From an uncultured Nostocoides sp. (lineage in GTDB: Bacteria > Actinomycetota > Actinomycetes > Actinomycetales > Dermatophilaceae), in contig CALCXF010000017.1 in the NCBI GenBank assembly GCA_937907685.1, positions 10,448 to 74,447 on the forward strand: a DNA stretch of 64,000 nucleotides, in the 5' to 3' direction. The notes beneath the pieces are model-generated. The model had not been told where the DNA came from and did no database searches. It saw only the letters and a list, made by a program, of their open reading frames with translations. Position 1 is the first letter of the stretch. Each line of letters begins with the position of its first letter. Both the position numbers and the translations under genes were made by a program. Shown here piece after piece: positions 9,512 to 20,052 of the stretch.

Positions 9512-9665
9512 GCGTGCCTCGTCCTCTTCCTTCGTTCGGGGCGGAGGCCCGGGCCGGTCGGGCCCGGGCGTGCCGTCGATTCTCTCAGCCGGCGGCGCGT
9601 GCTCAGCACCGGTCGAGCGTGATGCCGGACACCCCGACCCTCCCGTCCGAGCACGACCGGGTGTC

Positions 9666-10445
9666 TCAGGCGCCCTCGAAGGTCGCCTTCCCGGGGCCTC
9701 GCTCGACGAAGCTGCGCATACCCGTGGCCCGGTCCTTCGTGGCGAACAGACCGGCGAACAGCATCCGCTCGACTTCGAGGCCGCTCTCGAGGTCCATGTC
9801 CAGGCCCCGGTCGATGGCCTCCTTGGCCGCCCGGAGCGCGTAGGCGGGCCCCCCGACGTATCGCGCCACCCGAGACCGTGCCGCGGTGTAGACATCGGAT
9901 GCCGGGACGACCTCGTCGACGAGACCCATCGCCAGCGCCTCCTCGGCGCCGACGAACCGGCCGGAGAAGACGAGGTCCTTGGCCCGGGCCGGACCCACCA
10001 GCCGGGCGAGCCGCTGGGTGCCGCCGGCGCCGGGGATGATGCCGAGGAGGATCTCGGGCTGACCCAGCGTCGCGTCGTCCGCGGCGACCCGGAAGTCACA
10101 CGCCAGCGCCACCTCGCACCCACCCCCCAGGGCGTAGCCGGTGATCGCGGCCACCGTGGGCTTGGGGAGCCGGGCCAGCCTGCGGGTGAAGTCCTGGAGG
10201 AGCGCCGAGTGGTCGACCATGTCGGTGTAGGACATGGTCTCCATCTCCTTGATGTCGGCGCCCGCGGCGAAGACCTTCTCGCCACCCCAGACGATGACCG
10301 CCGAGACGTCCCTGCGCTCCGAGGCCTCGCCGCAGGCGTCGACCAGCCCGTGCTGGATCTCCGTGTCGAGGGCGTTCATCGGGGGCCGGTCGAGCCGGAT
10401 GGTCCCGATGCCGTCCTCCACCTCGAGGCGGACCGGCGCGGTCAC
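9666..10445 (-). CDS. enoyl-CoA hydratase/isomerase (crotonase family)
   Basis: 259 aa with FAAGADIKEM and ITGYALGGGCEVALACDFRVA motifs. The GTG start overlaps the stop of the upstream gene (GTGA). Confidence 0.9.
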   Translation of the reverse strand: MTAPVRLEVEDGIGTIRLDRPPMNALDTEIQHGLVDACGEASERRDVSAVIVWGGEKVFAAGADIKEMETMSYTDMVDHSALLQDFTRRLARLPKPTVAAITGYALGGGCEVALACDFRVAADDATLGQPEILLGIIPGAGGTQRLARLVGPARAKDLVFSGRFVGAEEALAMGLVDEVVPASDVYTAARSRVARYVGGPAYALRAAKEAIDRGLDMDLESGLEVERMLFAGLFATKDRATGMRSFVERGPGKATFEGA

Positions 10446-10906
10446 TGGTCGTCCCCGGCATCCGCGCTGGGGTCGATGCCGAGCATCCGCTGGTGCCAGA
10501 TGTGGACCCCCGACAGGATGACCTGGATCGAGACCTGGACGAGAGCCGAGACGTCGGCGCCGGGCGTGACGAGGTGTTCACCCGTGACGACGAGCGTCGT
10601 GCCGGCGATCCCGCTCTTCACGCAGTTCATGTTGAGGTTCAGCTCGTTGCACGTCTCGTGCAGCTTGAGCCGGTCGCCCTGCATCTCCTCGGCGACCTGC
10701 CACTGCCCGAAGACCCGCATGATCTGGACCTCGCCCTCCGAGCACCGGATGAACAGCTGCTGCTCGTTCGCCGTGAACGCCACGTCGCCGTCCGCGTCGA
10801 GGTTCGGTCGCAGCCCGAGGTCGACGAGCACGTCCAGGACCCGTCCGCGCAGGGGGTGCTCGTCTGCCGGTGGCGGGAAGTTGGGCAGGGACGTGGGATC
10901 GGTCAT
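10442..10906 (-). CDS. YbjN-like (putative chaperone/sensory-transduction-regulator fold) protein
   Basis: ORF 10442..11038 trimmed to ATG 10904-10906 (MTDPTSLPNFPP...). The pattern ...DGDVAFTANEQQLFIRCSEGEVQIMRVFGQW... resembles the YbjN family as I recall it. The family call is tentative; the coding call is firm. Confidence 0.6.
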   Translation of the reverse strand: MTDPTSLPNFPPPADEHPLRGRVLDVLVDLGLRPNLDADGDVAFTANEQQLFIRCSEGEVQIMRVFGQWQVAEEMQGDRLKLHETCNELNLNMNCVKSGIAGTTLVVTGEHLVTPGADVSALVQVSIQVILSGVHIWHQRMLGIDPSADAGDDQ

Positions 10907-10940
10907 GGCTCCACCGTAACCACTCACTAGGCTCCCCTCC

Positions 10941-13124
10941 ATGTCGCCGCAGGCCCGCCTCGGACCTCCCCGTTCGAGCGTCGCACGTGACCTGCCGCCC
11001 CTTCCCGGAGTCACCCTCGTGGACGGGGGAGCCGACATCGCGGTCTACGCAGGCCACGCCGAGGGGGCGGAGGTCTGCTTCTTCGAGGCGGGTGACCGCG
11101 CAGGCGTCACGGAGCGACGCGTGTCCCTCCCGGAGCGTGCCCACGGGTGGTGGTTCGGCTTCGTCCCCGACGTCCGGCCGGGCCAGCGCTACAACCTCCG
11201 GGTCGACGGCGCCTGGGACCCCGAGGGGGGCGTGCGGCACAACGCCGCCAAGCTGCTCCTCGACCCCTACGCCCGCGCCCTCGAGGGTGAGGTCACCTGG
11301 GGGCCAGAGGTCTATGGCCACGTCGTCGACCCGACGTGGGGTGGCGACGGCGAGCTCCCCTCTGCGCTCGACAGCCGGGCTCACGTGCCCCGATGCGTCG
11401 TCATCGACGACACGTTCGACTGGGAGGACGACCGGTCCCCGGGTCACTCGCTCAGCGAGACGGTGATCTACGAGGCCCACCTGCGCAGCCAGACCGTGCT
11501 GCACCCAGAGATCCCGCCCTCGCTGCGCGGCACGTATGCCGGTCTCGCGCACCCGGCCTCGTTGGCTCACCTCACCGGGCTCGGGGTCACGGCGGTCGAG
11601 CTGCTGCCGATCCAGGCGTTCACCCACGAGCCGCACCTGGCCAGACGTGCCATGACGAACCACTGGGGCTACAACTCTCTCGGCTTCTTCGCGCCGCACG
11701 CCGCCTACGCCGCCGCCAGGGACCCCCAGGCGGCGGTCGACGAGTTCAAGGGCATGGTCAAGCTCCTCCATCGTGAGGGGATCGAGGTCATCCTCGACGT
11801 CGTCTACAACCACACGGCCGAGCAGGCCCGCACCGGCGCCACCCTGTCGTGGCGCGGCCTGGACCAGCGGGCGTACTACCGGCTCGACGAGCGAGGACGG
11901 GACATCGACGTCACGGGTTGCGGCAACACCCTCGACCTGCGCCATCCCGTCGTCTGTCGCATGGTGCTCGACTCACTGCGCTACTGGGTGCAGGAGATGC
12001 ACGTGGACGGATTCCGCTTCGACCTCGCCGTCGCTCTCGGCCGAGGGCGAGCCGACGAGTTCGACCCCGACCACCCGTTCCTCGTCGCGCTGCGCACGGA
12101 TCCCGTCCTCTCCGCCGTGAGACTCATCGCCGAGCCCTGGGACCTGGGGCTGCACGGCTGGCGCACCGGCCAGTTCCCGCCGCCCTTCCTGGAGTGGAAC
12201 GACCGGTTCCGGGACGCGAGCCGCCGGTTCTGGGTCAGTGATGTCCGGGCGCTCGAGCACGGCGACCAGGCGCACGGGCTCCACGACCTCGCCACCCGGC
12301 TCACCGGGTCACGTGACCTCTTCGGGGACCGCGACCGCGGCCCGACCGCGTCGGTGAACTTCGTCACGGCACACGACGGGTTCACCCTGGCCGACCTCAC
12401 GGCATACGACCACAAGCACAACGAGGACAACGGCGAGGGCAACCGGGACGGCAGCAGCGGCGACGGCTCGTGGAACCACGGGGTGGAGGGCCCGACCGAG
12501 GACCCGACGGTCATGGCCGCCCGCGGCCGCACCATGCGCAACCTGCTCGGCAGCCTCCTGCTGTCGACCGGGGTGCCGATGCTGACGGCCGGCGACGAGA
12601 TGGGTCGCACCCAGCGCGGCAACAACAACGCGTACTGCCAGGACAACGCGACGACCTGGGTCGACTGGGACCTCCGGCCCTGGCAGCAGGACCTCCTCGC
12701 GACGACTCGCCACCTCCTGCGTGTGCGCCGTGACCTCCCGGTGCTCCGTCAGCGCGTCTGGTCCGTCGGGCGGCAGGTCCGGCACGACGGCACCCGCGAC
12801 CTCGAGTGGTATGCCGCGGACGGCCGTCCCGTGGGCACCCGGTGGGACGACCCGAGGCTGCGGGTGGTGCAGATGGCCCTGGCCGTCCCGTCCACGGACG
12901 TGGGCTCCCAGGACCGCCCTGGCGCCACCGCACTCGTGGTGGTCAACGGTGGCCGGGACGACGCCGAGGTGACGCTGGGCGCGGTGCCGGGCGTCACGGC
13001 ATACCGGCTGCTCTGGGACAGCGTGTGGGAGCGCCCGGCCGAGGAGGGCGAACAACGCTCCCCCGGTCCCGTGACCGTGCCCGCCACGAGCCTGCGCGTC
13101 TACTCCGCCTCCCACGGCCGCTGA
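10941..13124 (+). CDS. glgX: glycogen debranching enzyme
   Basis: 727 aa with GH13 motifs: VILDVVYNHT, VDGFRFDLA, LIAEPWD, NFVTAHDGFTLADL, plus a GlgX-type N-terminus (GVTLVDGGADIAVYAGHAEGAEVCFF). Confidence 0.92.
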   Translation: MSPQARLGPPRSSVARDLPPLPGVTLVDGGADIAVYAGHAEGAEVCFFEAGDRAGVTERRVSLPERAHGWWFGFVPDVRPGQRYNLRVDGAWDPEGGVRHNAAKLLLDPYARALEGEVTWGPEVYGHVVDPTWGGDGELPSALDSRAHVPRCVVIDDTFDWEDDRSPGHSLSETVIYEAHLRSQTVLHPEIPPSLRGTYAGLAHPASLAHLTGLGVTAVELLPIQAFTHEPHLARRAMTNHWGYNSLGFFAPHAAYAAARDPQAAVDEFKGMVKLLHREGIEVILDVVYNHTAEQARTGATLSWRGLDQRAYYRLDERGRDIDVTGCGNTLDLRHPVVCRMVLDSLRYWVQEMHVDGFRFDLAVALGRGRADEFDPDHPFLVALRTDPVLSAVRLIAEPWDLGLHGWRTGQFPPPFLEWNDRFRDASRRFWVSDVRALEHGDQAHGLHDLATRLTGSRDLFGDRDRGPTASVNFVTAHDGFTLADLTAYDHKHNEDNGEGNRDGSSGDGSWNHGVEGPTEDPTVMAARGRTMRNLLGSLLLSTGVPMLTAGDEMGRTQRGNNNAYCQDNATTWVDWDLRPWQQDLLATTRHLLRVRRDLPVLRQRVWSVGRQVRHDGTRDLEWYAADGRPVGTRWDDPRLRVVQMALAVPSTDVGSQDRPGATALVVVNGGRDDAEVTLGAVPGVTAYRLLWDSVWERPAEEGEQRSPGPVTVPATSLRVYSASHGR

Positions 13125-13240
13125 CGCCTGCGACCCACACTGCTGCAGTGGAGGCGGCAGCCGCTCACCGCGATCCCGCTGCGGGCCGAGCTCGCAGAGC
13201 GTGACCTGCTCCCCAGCGTGCCCCTACCTCCGCTGAGGGC

Positions 13241-13825
13241 TCACGCCTCCTCGGCCGGTCGCGCCTCCCGTTCCGAGCCCGCGGCGCCCGACGGTGCCGC
13301 ACCCGTCGTGGCGAGCCACCCGGCTCGGTTGACCCGGTGGACGAGCACCACCGTGACGATCCCGACGACGACGAGGCCGAGCAGACCGAGGAAGTAGAGC
13401 GGCGCGAGGGCGGTGCCGATGGCCACCAGGCCCACGAGCTGCACGAGGCCCGCCAAGGGTGCCCCGATCCGGATCCCGCGGGTGTAGATCCGGACGTCGC
13501 TGTCGCCCTCGGGAGCACGGTCGCGGATGCCCGTCGCGAGCTGGTGCATGACGGTGACGGACACGAGGATGCCCGCGAACGCGGCGCCCCACTCGACCCC
13601 GTACTGGTCGTTGAACAGTGGCGTCCCGCTCACCAGGGCAACGGGTATGCCGGCCGCGGCAGCTGCCCTGGCGCGCACGAACGCCTCGTGCACCTCCGCT
13701 GCGCCGGCCAGCCCGATGACGATCCAGGAGTAGCCGACGACGTCCGGGAGGACGTCCCAGCCCAGCAGCGGAAGGTCCAGCACGACGACGAGCAGCCCCC
13801 AGGCGGCCCAGACGAATCGGGTCAT
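13241..13825 (-). CDS. hypothetical integral membrane protein
   Basis: ORF 13241..14032 trimmed to ATG 13823-13825 (MTRFVWAAWGLLVVVLDLPLLGW...). Several hydrophobic spans; no family recognised. Confidence 0.6.
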   Translation of the reverse strand: MTRFVWAAWGLLVVVLDLPLLGWDVLPDVVGYSWIVIGLAGAAEVHEAFVRARAAAAAGIPVALVSGTPLFNDQYGVEWGAAFAGILVSVTVMHQLATGIRDRAPEGDSDVRIYTRGIRIGAPLAGLVQLVGLVAIGTALAPLYFLGLLGLVVVGIVTVVLVHRVNRAGWLATTGAAPSGAAGSEREARPAEEA

Positions 13826-13941
13826 GGCGGTCACCCTAGGCCCGGCCGCGGAACGGCGGGTCCGGCGTTCGGCGCGCGTCGTTCTCGGGTGGACAGGCGG
13901 CAGGATGGTGGCCACACCAACCGTGATGCCCAGGAGGTCGG

Positions 13942-15267
13942 ATGCCGTTGCCCGAGCTCGGCCGAGCAACCCAGGCCGCCATCTACCGCGCCGGGACCTA
14001 CGGCCGCCGGCCACGGGTCCCCACGAACGCACAGGAGCTCGAGGAGGCGGCCCGGCGGGTCATGTCCCGCCGGGCGTTCGCGTACGTCGCCGGGTCGGCG
14101 GGCGGGGAGTCGACCGCCCGGGCCAACCTCGCTGCCTTCGACCGCTGGCGAGTCCTGCCGCGGATGCTCGTCGACACCGGGGAGCGGGACCAGTCCGTCG
14201 AGCTGCTCGGCCGGCGCCACGAGAGCCCGATCGTCGTGGCCCCGATCGGCGTGCTGTCCGCCGCGCACTCCGCGGCGGACGTGGCGGTGGCGCGCGCTGC
14301 CCGGGCGCAGAACGTCCTCCCGGTCCTCAGCACGCAGGCCTCGGTGCCGATGGAGGAGGTGGCCGCCGCGCTCGACGGCTGGGGACACTGGTACCAGCTC
14401 TACTGGAGCCGTGACGACGACCTCGTCGAGAGCCTCGTCCACCGGGCCGAGGCGTGTGGCAGCGAGGCGATCGTCGTGACCCTCGACACGGCATACCTCG
14501 GCTGGCGGCCCCGAGACCTCGACCTGGGGCACCTCCCCTTCGCCCGCGGAGAGGGCATCGCGCAGTACACCTCGGACCCCGTGTTCGGCCGCCTTGTCGA
14601 GCAGCGAGTCGCCGCCAAGCGGGTGGCCACGGCATCCGGTGAGGAGCCGGAGCCACAGCCGCGACCCAACGCGGCCGCCGTGCGCAGCCTCGTCTCGCTG
14701 AGCCGGAACCACCCCGGAGGCGTGCGGGACAACCTCTCGTCGCCGTACCCGCGGGCCGCCGTCGAGACGTTCCTCGAGGTGTTCTCCAAGCCCTCTCTCT
14801 CGTGGACCGACCTGTCCCGCCTGCGCGCGATGACGTCCCTACCCGTCGTCCTCAAGGGCATCCTGCACCCCGACGACGCCCGCCGTGCGGTCGCCGAGGG
14901 GGTCGACGGCATCCTCGTGTCGAACCACGGCGGCCGACAGGTGGACCGGTCGGTGGCGGCGCTCGACGCCCTGCCGGGCGTGGTGGACGCCGTCCGCGGC
15001 ACCGGCTCCGCCGTGCCGGTGCTCTTCGACAGCGGGGTGCGGTCGGGGGCCGACGTGTTCGTCGCGCTGGCGCTGGGGGCGGATGCCGTGGGCATCGGCC
15101 GACCGCACGTCTACGGCCTGGCCCTGGCCGGAGAGGAAGGGGTGGCGGAGGTGCTGCGAAACATCCGCGCCGAGCTGGACCTGACGATGGCGCTCACCGG
15201 GTGCCGGACGCTGGCCGACGTCACCCGGGATCTCCTGGTGGAGGCGCCGACGACCCGGGAACCCTGA
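13942..15267 (+). CDS. FMN-dependent alpha-hydroxy-acid oxidase / lactate 2-monooxygenase family enzyme
   Basis: AGGAGG lies 6 nt upstream of ATG 13942. Motifs: WYQLYW, VVTLDT, VLKGILHPDDA, ILVSNHGGRQVD, DSGVRSGADV. Confidence 0.85.
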   Translation: MPLPELGRATQAAIYRAGTYGRRPRVPTNAQELEEAARRVMSRRAFAYVAGSAGGESTARANLAAFDRWRVLPRMLVDTGERDQSVELLGRRHESPIVVAPIGVLSAAHSAADVAVARAARAQNVLPVLSTQASVPMEEVAAALDGWGHWYQLYWSRDDDLVESLVHRAEACGSEAIVVTLDTAYLGWRPRDLDLGHLPFARGEGIAQYTSDPVFGRLVEQRVAAKRVATASGEEPEPQPRPNAAAVRSLVSLSRNHPGGVRDNLSSPYPRAAVETFLEVFSKPSLSWTDLSRLRAMTSLPVVLKGILHPDDARRAVAEGVDGILVSNHGGRQVDRSVAALDALPGVVDAVRGTGSAVPVLFDSGVRSGADVFVALALGADAVGIGRPHVYGLALAGEEGVAEVLRNIRAELDLTMALTGCRTLADVTRDLLVEAPTTREP

Positions 15268-15303
15268 CCCGTTCACCGCATCGGATGCCCGGCTGCGGGC
15301 AGG

Positions 15304-17889
15304 TCAGGCGTTCGCGACCAGACCGAGCTCCGCCGTCGTCGCCAGACCGGGATGCCTGGGCAGCACTCGCACCGTGTAGCCGAAGCCACCCGAGGCACGC
15401 AGCACGAGGTCCCCGGCGAACTGGTGCCGGCCGTGCTCGTACGACTCGATGTGGCCGAGCGACACCGAGGACACGTCGTGCAGCTCGTCGCCGTGGTGGT
15501 TCGTGCGGCCGTGGGCCACCTGCACGTCGACGTCGTCGGGGCCGAGGTCACCCAGCGAGACGTACGCGGTGACGTGCAAGGTCTCGCCCAGCTCGGGGCT
15601 GTCCCCGACACCCGAGGACTCGACGTGGTCGACGTGGACGTCACCCCAGGCGCCCCTGGCCCGCGCCTTGTATGCCGCCAGGTCCCGGGCCCCGGCGTAG
15701 CCCCCCTCCGCCATCGCCCAGCCGGAGCGGGCGGCCGGCACGTAGAGCTGCTCGGTGTAGTCGCGCACCATCCGGCTCGCGCGGACCTTCGGCCCCAGTG
15801 TCGTCACCGTGTGGAGGAGCATGGCCAGCCAGTTCTGCGGCAGACCGAGCTCGTCGGTGTCGTAGAAGCGCGGGGCCACCTGGTTCTCGATGAGGTCGTA
15901 GAGCGCGTTGGCCTCGATGTCGTCACGGCGCTCCGGGTCCTCGACCCCGTCGGCGGTGGGGATCGCCCAGCCGTTGTTGCCGTCGTGCCACTCGTCCCAC
16001 CAGCCGTCGAGGATGGAGAGGTTGAGCGCGCCGTTGAGCGCCGCCTTCATGCCTGACGTGCCGCAGGCCTCGAAGGGCCGCAACGGGTTGTTGAGCCAGA
16101 CGTCGCAGCCGGGGTAGAGGTGCAGCGCCATGGCGATGTCGTAGTTGGGGAGGAACACGATGCGGTGCCGGACCTCGGGGTCGTCGGCGAAGCGCACCAT
16201 CTGCTGGATGAGCTGCTTGCCTGTCTCGTCGGCGGGGTGGGACTTGCCGGCGATGACGAGCTGCACCGGCCGGTCCGAGTCCAGGAGCAGCTTCTTCAGC
16301 CGGGCCGGGTCGCGCAGCATGAGGGTGAGCCGCTTGTAGGTCGGCACCCGGCGGGCGAACCCGATCGTCAACACGTCCGGGTCGAGGATGCCGTCGGTCC
16401 AGCCGAGCTCGGCCGCGGATGCTCCCCGCTCGAGCCACGACTCGCGGGTACGGCGCCGGACCCCCTCCACGAGCTGGAGGCGGAGCTCGCGCTTGGTGGC
16501 CCACACGGCGTCCCGAGGGACGCCCGCCATGGCCTCCCAGGAGTCCTGGGTGTCGAGCTCGTGGACGTCGGCATGGGTACGGGCGAGCTGGAAGACCTGA
16601 CGGTCGACCCAGGTCGGGCCGTGGACGCCGTTGGTGATCGAGGTGATCGGCACCTCGGCGTCGTCGAAGCCCGGCCAGAGGCCGTCGAACATCTCGCGGC
16701 TCACCACCCCGTGCAACCGGGAGACCCCGTTGGCGCGCTGGGCGAGGCGCAGGCCCATGACGGCCATGTTGAACATCGTGGCCGACCCGCCTTCGTAGGT
16801 CTCGGCACCCAGGGCGAGGAGGCGGTCCACCGGCACGCCCTCGAGAGCCTGGGCCCCCCCGAAGTACAGCTCGATGAGCGAGCACTCGAAGCGGTCGATG
16901 CCGGCCGGCACGGGCGTGTGGGTCGTGAAGACCGTGGCGGACCGCACCGCCTCCAGGGCCTCCTCGAACGACATCCGCTCCGAGCGGACGAGCTCGCTGA
17001 TCCGCTCCACGCCGAGGAACCCCGCGTGCCCCTCGTTGGCGTGGTAGACGTCGGGTGCCGGGGCACCGGTGAGCCGGGACCACAGTCGCAGCGCACGCAC
17101 CCCGCCCATGCCGAGGAGCATCTCCTGCTGCAGGCGAAGCTCGCCACCGCCACCGTAGAGGCGCTCGGTGACGCTGCGGCCTCCGTCGTCGTTGGCGTGG
17201 ACGTCGGAGTCGAGGAGCAGCAAGGGCACCCGCCCGACCTGGGCTCGCCACACCTGGGCGTGCAGCGTCCGGCCGCCGGGGAGGTCGATGTCGATGACGC
17301 ACGCGTTGCCGTCCTCCTCGCGCAGCAGCGAGAGGGGGAGGCCGTCGGGGTCCAGGACCGGGTAGTCCTCCTCCTGCCAGCCGTCGCGGTTGAGGCTCTG
17401 GCGGAAGTAGCCGGTCTTGTAGAACAGGCCCACGCCGACGATCGGGACGCCGATGTCGGAGGCCGCCTTGAGGTGGTCACCGGCGAGGATGCCGAGGCCA
17501 CCCGAGTACTGGGGCAGCGCCGCGGCGATGCCGAACTCGGCGCTGAAGTACGCGACGGCTGCCGGCACGCCGCCCTCGGACTCCTCGCGCCCCCAGTGCT
17601 GGTACCAGCGGTCCTCGCGGAGGTAGCGGTCGAGCGAGGCCTTGGCGGCGTCCACCCTCTGGACGAACCCGGGGTCACCGGCGAGGCGCTCGAGCTCCTG
17701 GGGCTGCAGGTCCGAGAGCATCGCGACGGGATCGCTGCCGACCGCGGCCCAGCGGGGCGGGTCGATGGACTCGAAGAGGTCGCGCAGCGGGGGGTGCCAG
17801 CTCCACCTCAGGTTCATCGCGAGCTCACCCAGGGCGGCGATCGGCGCGGGCAGGACGGGGCGGACGCTGAAGCGGCGGATGGCCTTCAC
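15304..17889 (-). CDS. glgP: alpha-glucan (glycogen/maltodextrin) phosphorylase, actinobacterial GlgP type
   Basis: 861 aa. N-terminus MKAIRRFSVRPVLP, then YFSAEFG, GGLGILAGDHLKAASD and ACGTSGMKAALNGALNLSILDGWW (PLP lysine region). Confidence 0.92.
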   Translation of the reverse strand: MKAIRRFSVRPVLPAPIAALGELAMNLRWSWHPPLRDLFESIDPPRWAAVGSDPVAMLSDLQPQELERLAGDPGFVQRVDAAKASLDRYLREDRWYQHWGREESEGGVPAAVAYFSAEFGIAAALPQYSGGLGILAGDHLKAASDIGVPIVGVGLFYKTGYFRQSLNRDGWQEEDYPVLDPDGLPLSLLREEDGNACVIDIDLPGGRTLHAQVWRAQVGRVPLLLLDSDVHANDDGGRSVTERLYGGGGELRLQQEMLLGMGGVRALRLWSRLTGAPAPDVYHANEGHAGFLGVERISELVRSERMSFEEALEAVRSATVFTTHTPVPAGIDRFECSLIELYFGGAQALEGVPVDRLLALGAETYEGGSATMFNMAVMGLRLAQRANGVSRLHGVVSREMFDGLWPGFDDAEVPITSITNGVHGPTWVDRQVFQLARTHADVHELDTQDSWEAMAGVPRDAVWATKRELRLQLVEGVRRRTRESWLERGASAAELGWTDGILDPDVLTIGFARRVPTYKRLTLMLRDPARLKKLLLDSDRPVQLVIAGKSHPADETGKQLIQQMVRFADDPEVRHRIVFLPNYDIAMALHLYPGCDVWLNNPLRPFEACGTSGMKAALNGALNLSILDGWWDEWHDGNNGWAIPTADGVEDPERRDDIEANALYDLIENQVAPRFYDTDELGLPQNWLAMLLHTVTTLGPKVRASRMVRDYTEQLYVPAARSGWAMAEGGYAGARDLAAYKARARGAWGDVHVDHVESSGVGDSPELGETLHVTAYVSLGDLGPDDVDVQVAHGRTNHHGDELHDVSSVSLGHIESYEHGRHQFAGDLVLRASGGFGYTVRVLPRHPGLATTAELGLVANA

Positions 17890-18024
17890 GAGGGAGCAGC
17901 ATAGAGGACGGTAAAAGCGCTTTCATGCCACCCCTTTCCTGCTGGCGTGATGATCTTGCGCCCCGAGATCCGGCGCCGTCGGCGACAGGCCCCGGCACCC
18001 ACGGCGGCCGGTAGCGTGCGGCAC

Positions 18025-20052
18025 GTGACCGCAGCCCCTCAGACCAGCGCCCCGCAGCATCCGATCGGCCGCATCCCCGTCCTCGACGTCCGCCCGTGCG
18101 TGGACAACGGCGCCCGTCCGGCCAAGTGCGTCGTCGACGAGGAGTTCCTCGTCACCGCCACGGTGTTCCGTGAGGGCCACGACGCCGTGAACGCCTCCGT
18201 GGTGCTCACCGACCCGGCCGGTGTGGAGCACCTCCTGCCCATGACCTGCACGAACCCCGGGCTCAACACGTGGGTGGCCCGCGTCAGCGCGGACCGTACC
18301 GGGTGGTGGTCCTACCGGGTCGAGGGCTGGTCGGACCCGTACGGCACCTGGGAGCACGACGCGACGATCAAGGTGCAGGCCGACGTCGACACCGAGCTCA
18401 TGCTCGAGGAGGGAGCGCTGGTGCTCGAGCGCGCCATCGCCCACGGAGAGCGGACCGCCGCACAGAAGGCGGTGCTCCGGGATGCCGTCGCGGGGCTCCG
18501 CGACGCCGCCCGTCCTCCCACCGTCCGCCTCAAGGCGGGCACGGACGCCTCGGTCGAGGACGAGCTGGGCGCCCGACCCCTTCGCGAGTACGTCACCCCG
18601 TCGGCCGACCTGCCGCTCCTCGTCGAGCGCGAGCTCGCGCTCTCCGGTGCCTGGTACGAGATCTTCCCGCGCAGCGAGGGCGCCACCTACGACGAGGAGG
18701 AGCACCGCTGGACCACGGGAACCCTTCGGACAGCGGCCCGGCGGCTCCCGGCCATCGCGGCCATGGGCTTCGACGTCGTCTACCTCACCCCGATCCACCC
18801 CATCGGGCAGGCGGCCAAGAAGGGCCCGAACAACACCCTCGACGCGCGACCGGAGGACCCGGGCAGCCCGTACGCCATCGGCTCGCCGGACGGCGGCCAC
18901 GACGCCATCCACCCCGACCTCGGGACCTTCGAGGACTTCGACGCCTTCGTCGCGGAGGCGCGGCGGCTGGGACTCGAGGTCGCCATGGACCTCGCCCTCC
19001 AGTGCTCCCCCGACCACCCGTGGGTCGCCGAGCACCCGGAGTGGTTCACCACCCGTGCCGACGGCACCATCGCGTACGCGGAGAACCCTCCCAAGAAGTA
19101 CCAGGACATCTACCCCGTCAACTTCGACAACGACCCGGCCGGCATCTACGCGGAGGTCCGTCGGGTCGTCCAGGTCTGGATCGACCACGGGGTGACCCTG
19201 TTCCGGGTCGACAACCCGCACACCAAGCCGGTCGAGTTCTGGCAGTGGCTCATCGCCGACGTCGCCAAGGACCACCCCGACGTGATCTGGCTGGCGGAGG
19301 CCTTCACCAAGCCCGCGATGATGCACACCCTCGGCAAGATCGGCTTCCAGCAGAGCTACACCTACTACACGTGGCGCACCACGGCCGGCGAGCTGCGCGA
19401 GTACCTCACCGAGCTCTCCGGCGAGGCGGCGGCATACATGCGCCCCTCCTTCTGGCCGACGACCCACGACATCCTCACGCCGTACATGCAGTTCGGCGGG
19501 CCTGCGGCGTGGAAGCTGCGGGCCGCGTTGGCGGCGACCCTCGTCCCCACCTACGGGATCTACGCCGGCTACGAGCTCATGGAGCACGTGGCCCGCCCCG
19601 GCGCCGAGGAGCAGATCGACAACGAGAAGTACGAGTACAAGAACCGCCGCTGGGAGGACGACGAGCCGGGCGGCGCACGCGAGGGGCGCACACTGGCCGG
19701 GTACCTCACCCGGCTCAACGAGATCCGCCGCTCCCACCCCGCACTGCACCGCCTGCGCGACATCCGCTTCCACCACGTCGACGACGAGAACTTCCTCGCG
19801 TTCTCCAAGCGCCGCCGGCTGCCGGACGGCACCGAGGACGTCGTCGTCGTCGTCGCGAACCTCGACCCGCACTCCACGCGCGCGACGACCCTGCGCCTCG
19901 ACATGATGGCGCTCGGCCTGGAGCCGGGCGACAGCTTCCAGGCCGGCGACCTCGTCACCGGCGAGACGTGGACCTGGCAGCGGGACACGTACGTGCGCCT
20001 CGGACCGGAGGTCGAGCCCGTCCACCTCGTGTCGGTGAGGAGACCCTGGTGA
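18025..20052 (+). CDS. glgE: alpha-1,4-glucan:maltose-1-phosphate maltosyltransferase
   Basis: GRIPVLDVRPCVDNGARPAK is a GlgE-type N-terminus; also WYEIFPRS, LFRVDNPHTKP and AMDLALQCSPDHPW. The start is uncertain: GTG 18025 (given here), GTG 18016 and GTG/ATG 17947/17950 are all in frame. Confidence 0.9.
   Translation: MTAAPQTSAPQHPIGRIPVLDVRPCVDNGARPAKCVVDEEFLVTATVFREGHDAVNASVVLTDPAGVEHLLPMTCTNPGLNTWVARVSADRTGWWSYRVEGWSDPYGTWEHDATIKVQADVDTELMLEEGALVLERAIAHGERTAAQKAVLRDAVAGLRDAARPPTVRLKAGTDASVEDELGARPLREYVTPSADLPLLVERELALSGAWYEIFPRSEGATYDEEEHRWTTGTLRTAARRLPAIAAMGFDVVYLTPIHPIGQAAKKGPNNTLDARPEDPGSPYAIGSPDGGHDAIHPDLGTFEDFDAFVAEARRLGLEVAMDLALQCSPDHPWVAEHPEWFTTRADGTIAYAENPPKKYQDIYPVNFDNDPAGIYAEVRRVVQVWIDHGVTLFRVDNPHTKPVEFWQWLIADVAKDHPDVIWLAEAFTKPAMMHTLGKIGFQQSYTYYTWRTTAGELREYLTELSGEAAAYMRPSFWPTTHDILTPYMQFGGPAAWKLRAALAATLVPTYGIYAGYELMEHVARPGAEEQIDNEKYEYKNRRWEDDEPGGAREGRTLAGYLTRLNEIRRSHPALHRLRDIRFHHVDDENFLAFSKRRRLPDGTEDVVVVVANLDPHSTRATTLRLDMMALGLEPGDSFQAGDLVTGETWTWQRDTYVRLGPEVEPVHLVSVRRPW

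Noticed and set aside
8720-10285. Over-long 5' extensions in the ORF track: 8720..10285, 28878..30404, 51411..52874, 61202..62749, 18270..21800, 21238..23265, 22413..25538, 34373..37657, 37667..38794, 42350..43315.
   Set aside because: The upstream parts read through a neighbouring gene in a different frame and give low-complexity peptides. I trimmed each to the first start that begins the recognisable protein, usually one that overlaps the upstream stop by 1-8 nt.
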